Shown here piece by piece: positions 15,767 to 23,566 of a stretch of 28,748 nt of DNA. The DNA is taken from positions 1-28,748 of the IMG/VR virus record IMGVR_UViG_3300020043_002894, one strand, 5' to 3'. How positions within the stretch are numbered: position 1 is the first letter of the stretch; each line of letters starts with the position of its first letter. The translations under genes and the position numbers were made by a program. The stretch is from a virus (Duplodnaviria > Caudoviricetes). The notes under the pieces are model-generated. The model saw only the letters and a list, made by a program, of their open reading frames with translations, did not search any database and was not told where the DNA came from.

Positions 15767-17380
15767 TTAATTTAACCTGCCTTGATTTGGCATATTAATA
15801 GGTTCAATTCCTGCAAGCCCCTTAGCTGGTTGCTTATTTGCTTTATCAATTGCAAGTGGTGACTTTGGGTCAACTTTTACGCTCTCATTTTTACGCTTAT
15901 AGGTCAATTTTTCCCAATAATGATGGCAATTTACGCCACCTTTATACTTCAAAATATCATAAGTCGATGCTCCCTCTGGACCAAAACCAATGTTAACTGG
16001 TTGATTGCTCATTGCTTCGATGTCCTCTATTCTATAAATCTTCTTAACCGATAGCATATCTTTGCAAAAAACTCGCTGTCCTGTCTTGCTACCAGCATAA
16101 CGATAGCGTGTAATAGTGTCGAATAAGTCATATCTCGACTTTTGCAATGGTTTAGCCGTCCCCGTTGAAAATTCAACCGCTCTTAAACGTTCTTCTTCTT
16201 CAATATCTATAGGCTTACAATCAATCAATTCGTATTCGTCAAGATTTTCATCTTCTCCAAATTCACTTAAATCAATCTTTTTTTTTTGCTCTGATAACTG
16301 AACTGTTTTAGGCTCTGTAAGCGGTGCAAAGTATAGGTCTAAGACGATGCCATAAAAATTAATAACCTCTTCAAACGCTTCTAATATTGGTGTTTGTTTT
16401 GGCTGTATTACCCTTTTCATCAATTGCGCTTCGGCTTCGTCTAATTCGTTTGCGTTATTTCCGAAACCTCCGTCACTCATAATACCAAACAATTTAGGAC
16501 TTACAACTTTATGACCTGTCATTATTTGTTGTCTGCTTTCGCCTGTTAGGTATTCCCATTGTTTGTGCTGCGCATCATTTACAGGAAAAGGTATGATTTC
16601 AATCTTAGCTTCTGTTCCTCTAAAGTCTAAAACAAATGACATCGCATTTGGCGAACCTGTTAATTTAGCTTTTATTTTACGCTCGAATTCGTCTTTATCT
16701 TCTGGTGTCATTGTTCCACCATCTGGCACCGAAATAATATATCCTGCGCTTAATCCTTTTTTAATAGAATTAATATAGAAGTTAGCCAATTCCTCTTCCA
16801 TTTCGGCATAAGGCAAAGCGGATAAATAATCAGGATCAGAAAAATAGTTTTTCCCTGCTTTATAAGGTTTAATACAATAGATTTCTATTTCGTCGTTTGA
16901 TGTACCAAAAGCAGGATAATAAACTGGTGTGTTTTTTTGCGTGTTACTCCAATCTTTAGAATGCCAATATCCTTCAATAATACCTTCTTCGTTTTCTAAA
17001 GCAGGCACTACTTGTTGTTTAGGTAAATGATAAATTGCCCCTAAGTTTTTCTTATTTTTGGCTTTTATAACTTGAAACGATGCTTCTCCAAATAACTCAA
17101 AATCGTAAATTATTTTACGAACCTCTTTAGGTTGAAACTTTGATATAAAATTAATCCAAGCAGATGTGTTGGTGTTTCGTGAACGTAAACCATTGCCATA
17201 AATAAGATTAGCGTAACTGTCAATGATGGCAGCGTTTGTTGGCGAACCATTAAAGCGGTCTATTATGTATTGATAGAATGAATTGTTTTTTCCATTCAAT
17301 ACCCAATTCTTAGATTTGTTTTCTTCTAATTTTGGACGTACATAATTGCTTAATTGTAATAATCTTATATCGTTACTCAT
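15767..17380 (-). CDS. Portal protein with C-terminal extension
   Basis: SPTNAAII, YFSDPDY, LTGSPNA, IMTGHKVVSPKLFGI...GFGNNANEL...VIQPKQ; size and position fit a portal. Confidence 0.8.
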   Translation of the reverse strand: MSNDIRLLQLSNYVRPKLEENKSKNWVLNGKNNSFYQYIIDRFNGSPTNAAIIDSYANLIYGNGLRSRNTNTSAWINFISKFQPKEVRKIIYDFELFGEASFQVIKAKNKKNLGAIYHLPKQQVVPALENEEGIIEGYWHSKDWSNTQKNTPVYYPAFGTSNDEIEIYCIKPYKAGKNYFSDPDYLSALPYAEMEEELANFYINSIKKGLSAGYIISVPDGGTMTPEDKDEFERKIKAKLTGSPNAMSFVLDFRGTEAKIEIIPFPVNDAQHKQWEYLTGESRQQIMTGHKVVSPKLFGIMSDGGFGNNANELDEAEAQLMKRVIQPKQTPILEAFEEVINFYGIVLDLYFAPLTEPKTVQLSEQKKKIDLSEFGEDENLDEYELIDCKPIDIEEEERLRAVEFSTGTAKPLQKSRYDLFDTITRYRYAGSKTGQRVFCKDMLSVKKIYRIEDIEAMSNQPVNIGFGPEGASTYDILKYKGGVNCHHYWEKLTYKRKNESVKVDPKSPLAIDKANKQPAKGLAGIEPINMPNQGRLN

Positions 17381-17678
17381 AATAGTAATGGTCTTTTGTT
17401 GCTTTAAATTCCTGCGTATTCTGCGATGTTACAAATATCTTGTCTCTGTAAATAACATCTTCGCCTTGCATAAGTTTAACTTGAAATTTTTGATTTTCTG
17501 CGCATTCTAAATCAAAAGTAATTGTAGCCAATCCATTTGCATAAACATACAACGTTTCAATAGTTGATGATTGTTGCGTAGCTTCGTTATATAGTAATAA
17601 AGTCAATTCATCACTCGGAATAAATCGAGGGATAAAGTTAAATCCGTGTGCTGTATCTGTTGGGTTTAAAACTATCAT
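17373..17678 (-). CDS. Hypothetical structural protein
   Basis: 101-aa ORF overlapping the portal start. Confidence 0.7.
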   Translation of the reverse strand: MIVLNPTDTAHGFNFIPRFIPSDELTLLLYNEATQQSSTIETLYVYANGLATITFDLECAENQKFQVKLMQGEDVIYRDKIFVTSQNTQEFKATKDHYYYE

Positions 17679-17681
17679 ACT

Positions 17682-17711
17682 ATTAAACTAAAAAACCCGA
17701 ATATTGTTATA
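17682..17711 (-). promoter_or_regulatory. Putative late-promoter motif copy
   Basis: TATAACAATATT-N7-TTTAGTTTAAT, both blocks identical to the copy at 21213-21242. Confidence 0.6.
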
Positions 17712-17720
17712 TTCGGGTTT
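17690..17720 (-). terminator. Intrinsic terminator after the tail tube-like gene
   Basis: AAACCCGAATAT-N4-ATATTCGGGTTT hairpin running into a T6 tract on the minus strand. Confidence 0.75.
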
Positions 17721-17748
17721 AATAAAATTAACTAATCCAAAAAAACCA

Positions 17749-18258
17749 TTATACCAAAGCCAAAAACGCTGTTACTGTCGCTGAATCTAATTTTGGCGAT
17801 AAACTTCCAGTTGTTGATACTCCTGTCAAAGTATATCCGTTTAATTCGGCTTTTGCTCCACCTGTAGACTGAACTACTGTAAAGTCAATACCATCATCGA
17901 TTCCGATAGCGTGATAAATACCGTTACGGTCTTTTACAACCGCCATCGGGAATCCATAAGCTAATAAGTTCATTTGTGCCGAAGTTACCGCATCAATTTT
18001 TTTCAAAACAAAAGTACTCGTTTGAGTATTTACCGTTGTTCCTGTATTTCTATCAGGGACTTGGCTTTCAGAAACGTTGTTCCCGTCACCCTCAAGTTCG
18101 TACTCGAATACTGTTGTAAGCAATGGATTGATAGCTGTTGCTACTCCTGCCGTTACTGTGAATGGATCTTCTACAAAGTTAAAAAGATAAAGTTTACCTA
18201 AACCTCCTAAACCTTGCTTACAAGCTTTCGCCCTTCCTGCTGTTAAATCACAAGCCAT
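17749..18258 (-). CDS. Putative major tail tube protein
   Basis: 169 aa directly after the capsid gene; MACDLTAGR..ACK..LGG, TGGAKAELNGYTLT. Confidence 0.65.
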   Translation of the reverse strand: MACDLTAGRAKACKQGLGGLGKLYLFNFVEDPFTVTAGVATAINPLLTTVFEYELEGDGNNVSESQVPDRNTGTTVNTQTSTFVLKKIDAVTSAQMNLLAYGFPMAVVKDRNGIYHAIGIDDGIDFTVVQSTGGAKAELNGYTLTGVSTTGSLSPKLDSATVTAFLALV

Positions 18259-18278
18259 AATTATATATGTATTATTTT

Positions 18279-18300
18279 AAGGGGGAAACCAATCCCCCTT
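18279..18300. terminator. Stem-loop after the major capsid gene (weak terminator or mRNA stabiliser)
   Basis: AAGGGGGA-N6-TCCCCCTT; poor U-tract on the coding strand. Confidence 0.5.
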
Positions 18301-18312
18301 TGTTTCTAATGA

Positions 18313-19215
18313 CTATCCTCTGTAAAGTACGATTTCAGCACCGTAAGCGTAACCAACTGCGCCTGTGAAAACTACTTTAGTTCTTACAGTTCCTGACAAG
18401 TCGGTTTCGTCCATATCTTTAACTTTGATTTCGTTGTGATCTGCCAAAAGTCCTGTTACGAAAGTAACGTTTGATTTTGCATAACCTACCATTGTATTTG
18501 CGTTCAATCCTTTGATTTCAGTCAAAGTATAACCATTGAATCCAAATTCAGAAGGGTTTTCAAAAGTACCATTTGAGCGAGCAAAAGCACCTTGTTTTTT
18601 TCTCAACGCTCTTGCAACGTTTGTAGAAACTCCCATAACTAAATCGGCTGCTCCTAAAACTGCGTCAGGAATAGCATCGATAAAATCTGCCAATTCTGCT
18701 TCAACGTTTGCATCTGTGATAGTTGTTGGTGTTTCTACATCAATAACAGTTGCATCAAGCAACAATTGAGGAATCAATCCATTGAAACGACCTGCTGTAT
18801 TATCGCCTTCCCAAATATCAACGTCAATTTTACGGGCTACTACTTTACCCATTTCAAGTAAAATCGCTGCTTGTTCTGTTGATGGTAAAGCATCGTTATG
18901 AGCAGAGAACCCCATTTCTTTTGCGCTCCAAAGTTGTCTAAAATCTTCTTTACACATTTCTTGATTCCACATTACTTTTTTAGGAGTAATAGCGTATTCA
19001 GTCAAAGACAAATCTCCGCTTGGTTCCCATCCACAAGAGTAATCAACGAATCCATCTCCTACATCAATTTTACGCATATACACGGTCGAAACCACGTTAG
19101 GCATAATTGAAATTAAATTTTGTGAAAGTGTGTTACTTTCTTTTATCATAGCTGCGATATAACCGCCTGCTACATCTCCCACATAGTTAGTGGTAATATC
19201 TACTGTTGTTGCCAT
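18313..19215 (-). CDS. Major capsid protein
   Basis: 300 aa downstream of the protease/scaffold; IWEGD....FNGL motif; followed by a stem-loop. Confidence 0.8.
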   Translation of the reverse strand: MATTVDITTNYVGDVAGGYIAAMIKESNTLSQNLISIMPNVVSTVYMRKIDVGDGFVDYSCGWEPSGDLSLTEYAITPKKVMWNQEMCKEDFRQLWSAKEMGFSAHNDALPSTEQAAILLEMGKVVARKIDVDIWEGDNTAGRFNGLIPQLLLDATVIDVETPTTITDANVEAELADFIDAIPDAVLGAADLVMGVSTNVARALRKKQGAFARSNGTFENPSEFGFNGYTLTEIKGLNANTMVGYAKSNVTFVTGLLADHNEIKVKDMDETDLSGTVRTKVVFTGAVGYAYGAEIVLYRG

Positions 19216-19234
19216 TTATATTTTATTTTATTTG

Positions 19235-19645
19235 TTAAACTGATGTGAATGTTACTGATCCTGCTAATGCTCCAACTCCGTTTGCATAGAAGTTTGTACC
19301 GTCAGAAACGATTTCGATATAATCTCCAACTGTTTCTGCACTTGCTACGAATGAAATTGTATTTTCATCTGCTGCTGGCACGAATACAGAATTGACAATT
19401 GCACCGCCCTGTATTTTAGCTGTTGGAGCTACTACTGTAAAATTGGTAGTTGCAAAAGATGCTCCTACAATTACCTTCAAATTGAATCCTGATACTGCTA
19501 CACTTGGAAGTGTTACCACTTTGCCTGCTGCTGCATTTAGGATTAAAACTTTGCCACTATCATTAGAAGTCAAAGTTGTTGCCGCTGTGATTGTTTTAAT
19601 TTTTTTAGCGGTGTCTTGTTTTCCGAAAACTCTTGTTGTTGCCAT
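19235..19645 (-). CDS. Putative capsid decoration protein
   Basis: 136 aa, beta-rich (TLTSNDSGKVLILNAAAG..VTLP), between scaffold and capsid genes. Confidence 0.55.
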   Translation of the reverse strand: MATTRVFGKQDTAKKIKTITAATTLTSNDSGKVLILNAAAGKVVTLPSVAVSGFNLKVIVGASFATTNFTVVAPTAKIQGGAIVNSVFVPAADENTISFVASAETVGDYIEIVSDGTNFYANGVGALAGSVTFTSV

Positions 19646-19650
19646 TATTA

Positions 19651-20889
19651 TTAATTGTTAAGTTTGTTTAGTAAATCTGAAAATTTCCCCTTTTGTGCCA
19701 TTTGAACAGGAGTTCCTGCAATCGGTCTGCTTGCTGGTTGTTTTGATAATTCTGCAATTTGTTCTTTCAATTCTGCAATCGTTTGTTCTTGCGTTGTGTA
19801 TTTAATCAATATTGATTTAATAGCGCTTTCAATCTCGCTTGCAATCTTAGCATCATTTGACACTTTACCGCCATCGCTCCCCATATCTTGCGCTGGTGCT
19901 GGTTCGCCTGCTGGCTCTGCTGCTGGTTTGATTTCTTTAACAATTCCTTCGTTTTCTACGACTAAAATAGTTCCGTCTTCCAATGGATGCTCTCCAACTG
20001 GTACGGGTACTTTAGTGCCATCTTCTGCGACAACCCAAATAGCCATATCAGGTGCTAGGGTATCTCCTTCAAATTCAATCTTAACACTTCCATCCGCTAA
20101 CATAATCGAACCTAATTGTATTTCGACCTGTTTGGGGGAAACCGCTAAAAGAATTCTTTCTAATAAACTTTTTGTTTCACTCATTTCTATATTTGATTTT
20201 AAATTTATAACTTCGCCGTTTGCTACATCGATTATTACATTTGTCATAAGTTCATAAGTCCCGTCTGACAAATCTTTACCATCCAAAGTTTGAACGTTTG
20301 TGCCTTTTGTAATCATTGAATCTTTAAACCAAATGTCAATACCAGTTGTAGTTTGATTTTTTGATAGTTTGACTTCTTCTAATGAAAGCATCGCATCGAT
20401 TGAAAAGCCTTGTACTTTACCGCTCTTAACATAATCATTCCAAACCTCGTCACTATCGACTTTCATAACCGCAACCCAGCTACCTTTTGGATAACTAAAA
20501 CCAAAGTTATTAGATTTATCATTTGTTGGATTTTCAACTATCCAGCTTTCGGTAAAAGTAACACCTTTAATATTTTGGTCTATATCGTGTTCAATGGTAC
20601 TGTTTGAGTGATTGTTGTTTTTAAAGAAACCATAAGACAATTCTTTTATAGTTTCCTCATTAAAAACGATATTAAACTCCTCGCCGTTTTGATTACGATA
20701 AATAGGTTTGTTTGGTTCTAATACCAAACCCATCAAAATACGTTGTTCCTCGTCAACCGTTTTGAATTGGATAACCTCGTCTTTCGATAATGCAATAAAT
20801 AAACCCTCCATTGCTGGATTTTCAACTAAAGAAATTCCGTAAACTCCTTTGTTTGTAAGTGGGTTGTATTTGGCTTGGTAGGTTTTCAT
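19651..20889 (-). CDS. XkdF-like prohead protease fused to scaffold region
   Basis: ISLVENPA, STIEH, TFTESWIV, PKGSW..MKV, GKVQGFSID; acidic/coiled-coil C-terminal half. Confidence 0.8.
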   Translation of the reverse strand: MKTYQAKYNPLTNKGVYGISLVENPAMEGLFIALSKDEVIQFKTVDEEQRILMGLVLEPNKPIYRNQNGEEFNIVFNEETIKELSYGFFKNNNHSNSTIEHDIDQNIKGVTFTESWIVENPTNDKSNNFGFSYPKGSWVAVMKVDSDEVWNDYVKSGKVQGFSIDAMLSLEEVKLSKNQTTTGIDIWFKDSMITKGTNVQTLDGKDLSDGTYELMTNVIIDVANGEVINLKSNIEMSETKSLLERILLAVSPKQVEIQLGSIMLADGSVKIEFEGDTLAPDMAIWVVAEDGTKVPVPVGEHPLEDGTILVVENEGIVKEIKPAAEPAGEPAPAQDMGSDGGKVSNDAKIASEIESAIKSILIKYTTQEQTIAELKEQIAELSKQPASRPIAGTPVQMAQKGKFSDLLNKLNN

Positions 20890-21194
20890 TAAACTACATT
20901 TATTGATTTACCTTTGCTTGCTTTAGATAATCCGTCTTTTGCCATTTGCTTTTTTTGGTCATAAAACTTCGTGTCCTCCCCTAATTCTTTTTTAGCCAAA
21001 ATACCCTTATCCGCAAACTCAACTCCTTTATTAAAAGAAGTTGCAGCCATTGTAAAAGCCAAATTAGCTTGTTTTATCAAGTCGTTGCCTTTACTTATAA
21101 GTTCGTAACCTTTATCTATGTTAGATTCAGTATCTGAACTTATAGATAATTCTACATTTTTTTCAAACGCTAATTTAATGTCTGCTTCTTTCAT
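20889..21194 (-). CDS. Hypothetical helical protein
   Basis: 101-aa ORF with TAATG coupling to the protease gene. Confidence 0.7.
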   Translation of the reverse strand: MKEADIKLAFEKNVELSISSDTESNIDKGYELISKGNDLIKQANLAFTMAATSFNKGVEFADKGILAKKELGEDTKFYDQKKQMAKDGLSKASKGKSINVV

Positions 21195-21212
21195 AATTGA
21201 TTGTTATTTATA

Positions 21213-21242
21213 ATTAAACTAAATTGTGTTAATATTGTTATA
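21213..21242 (-). promoter_or_regulatory. Putative late-promoter motif copy
   Basis: TATAACAATATT-N7-TTTAGTTTAAT upstream of the head gene block. Confidence 0.6.
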
Positions 21243-22902
21243 AACTTGCACTCTTAATAATATTTCTATCCAATTCCAATCCTGTCGAAACATTTTTAGA
21301 AACTACATAAGCTTCAACTGGCATTTGTTTACCTATTGATTGCGCAACTTGATTGCTAGCCGTGCCTTGCACTAAATTAAATGAAGGTGCTTGGGGTGTT
21401 GAGCTTCCAGATGCGCTGCCTGTGCTTCCGCTGCCTTGTTCGTTAGTTGATAAAATCTTTTTCACATTCATAAATCCTGTAGCTGCTATTAGTGTCGCAT
21501 TTGCTATTTTTACAGGTGTCCCAAATGGATCGGGTATAGTTGTTGGTGCAGAAAGTGCTGCTGTAACTCCTTGAAAAGTATTCATCGTTGCTTGTGCTAC
21601 TGCAACGCCTTTAGCAAGTTTGCTTCCTTTTTTAGCAAACATATTGACCAAATCAAAAATAGAGTTTGCAATTTGAAATTTAGCATCTTTTACTTGGTTT
21701 TCAAGTGCAATTCTTTTTTCTGACGCAATTCTATCCGACTCTATTTTCTTTTGATTCGCTTCTTCGATAGCATCTATTTCTGCCGATATAGCATTCAATC
21801 TTCTTTGATCTTCTTCTGTATCATCAATCCTACTTTGCATTTTTGCATTATTGATTGATATTTGAAAATCATTAAATAATTTTAATTCATCTTCTGATTT
21901 TTTGCGCTCGTCTTCAAATCTTTTTAAACGCTCCTCTTTAGCTTTTTCTGCTGCTGCCCTTGCATCTTCTCGTCTTTTTTGTGCTGCATCTTCTTGACGT
22001 TGTGCAAGCGCATCTTGTTTATTATAATTCTTTTCTAAATTAGCAGTTGATTCATCTTCTAAAGCTATTCGTGCTATTCTAGCTTTATTTAGTTTGTCAT
22101 ACTCTTCGTCATAATTACCACCTCTGCTTTCTGCTAATTCTTTTGTTTTATCGCCTGTTTTTTTTAGGAATTCTATTTCTGCTTTTGAAAAATTAGCTTT
22201 TATTGCGATTGCTTCTCTAGCTATTCTAACCTCTTCATCTGCTAATTTTACACGCTTATCAAATAAACTTTTTTCAATTCCTTCTGCCTTGTTTAGAAGT
22301 GCTATTCTCTCTGTTTCGGTTAAGTTTCTATTCTTAGCCATAACATTAAGCTTGTTAATTTCTGCCCTTTGTTTTGCTGTTGTAACCTCTTGTGACTTCA
22401 TAACATCTTCAAGGTCTTGCTGAGCTTTAGTTAACGCTATAGTTCTTTTAGCAGCGTCACTCATATCGTTACTCAATCCGCCAAAAGCATCGCCCAAAGA
22501 CTTAGTTCCTGTTACAACTGCTATAAATGTGTTTTTAATAACATTCATAACAGCTCCAAGAGCTGCCATTCCTTGTTCTACCTTATCCACTAAGGGCTGA
22601 AAAGTTTTAAATGCTGATACTAATAAGTAAACAACAGCTACTATAGCAGTCAATATAGCACCTATAGGATTAGCCACAATAGCCCACATCGCCTTACCCA
22701 TAGTTAGTAAAGACTGTACTGCAGACGTTGAAGCAGGCGCAATTTCGCCAATAGCTTGAGTATTAAGTTTTGCCGACTTACTATTTTTAGATTGTGTATT
22801 TGATAATTCTTCAGTTGATTTTGTTAAGTTTTCAACTTTTGCGTTTACAGAATCTAAACCTGTTTCTTTTACAACTACATTTATTTCTTTAGTGATCGCC
22901 AT
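21238..22902 (-). CDS. Tape-measure-like protein
   Basis: 554 aa; ANPIGAILTAIVAVV hydrophobic segment, long coiled coil and Ala/Gly-rich C-terminus. Confidence 0.7.
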   Translation of the reverse strand: MAITKEINVVVKETGLDSVNAKVENLTKSTEELSNTQSKNSKSAKLNTQAIGEIAPASTSAVQSLLTMGKAMWAIVANPIGAILTAIVAVVYLLVSAFKTFQPLVDKVEQGMAALGAVMNVIKNTFIAVVTGTKSLGDAFGGLSNDMSDAAKRTIALTKAQQDLEDVMKSQEVTTAKQRAEINKLNVMAKNRNLTETERIALLNKAEGIEKSLFDKRVKLADEEVRIAREAIAIKANFSKAEIEFLKKTGDKTKELAESRGGNYDEEYDKLNKARIARIALEDESTANLEKNYNKQDALAQRQEDAAQKRREDARAAAEKAKEERLKRFEDERKKSEDELKLFNDFQISINNAKMQSRIDDTEEDQRRLNAISAEIDAIEEANQKKIESDRIASEKRIALENQVKDAKFQIANSIFDLVNMFAKKGSKLAKGVAVAQATMNTFQGVTAALSAPTTIPDPFGTPVKIANATLIAATGFMNVKKILSTNEQGSGSTGSASGSSTPQAPSFNLVQGTASNQVAQSIGKQMPVEAYVVSKNVSTGLELDRNIIKSASL

Positions 22903-23030
22903 TCTCTTTTTAGTTTTTCAAAGAAATTCCTTGACGTTGTTATTTCGTTTTTTCCTTTTGCAATTTCTGTAAATTTACCAGCTCCATAAAATGGATTTGA
23001 TTGTAACAGTTTTATAATTTCTGCTATCAT
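22881..23030 (-). CDS. Small hypothetical protein (49 aa, not in ORF track)
   Basis: MIAEIIKLLQSNPFYGAGKFTEIAKGKNEITTSRNFFEKLKREWRSLKK; ATGA overlap with the upstream gene. Confidence 0.65.
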   Translation of the reverse strand: MIAEIIKLLQSNPFYGAGKFTEIAKGKNEITTSRNFFEKLKREWRSLKK

Positions 23031-23566
23031 AATGATTTATGTCCTAAAGATACTGAGATGTATCTGTTTTTAATAACTACTGAAACGTCAGAATAAGCAT
23101 AAAAAGCACCACCGTGTGTAAAAAAATCACTTCCAACAGGCAACCCAAAACTTACAGAACAATTTTCATCTACTCCTGTACCTTTTACTAAAGGAAAAGT
23201 TACGGATCTATAAATAATGCTATTAACAATAAAAGCAATATGAATATAATGGTCTGCTCCAGAGGGTGTTTCTGCCGTGAATGAAAAATCAGCGTGAATA
23301 TAATCTCCAGCCCGAATCGGTATTATTTTTGAATTAGCATCTAATAAGCTAATTCCTCCATTGCTTTCAAGTCCTATAGTAATAGGTACTAAAGTAGATG
23401 TTGTTGCTGGTATTGTTTGGGTGTTTGTTGTATCTACTCTTGACTGCCAACCTGTAGCGTCATATAACTCGTCAAAGTTTTCTTTTGCTTTTTTAAAAGC
23501 ATTGAATAATATTTCTCCCGTTCCGTCTCCTGCCGTTGTTCCGTAATTAATATCTTGTTTAGCCAT
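23027..23566 (-). CDS. Baseplate/fibre-attachment-like protein
   Basis: N-terminal INYGTTAGDGTGEILFNAFKKAKENFDELY resembles the DGTGD.LR.AF.K.N.NF.ELY phage fibre/baseplate motif. Confidence 0.6.
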   Translation of the reverse strand: MAKQDINYGTTAGDGTGEILFNAFKKAKENFDELYDATGWQSRVDTTNTQTIPATTSTLVPITIGLESNGGISLLDANSKIIPIRAGDYIHADFSFTAETPSGADHYIHIAFIVNSIIYRSVTFPLVKGTGVDENCSVSFGLPVGSDFFTHGGAFYAYSDVSVVIKNRYISVSLGHKSL

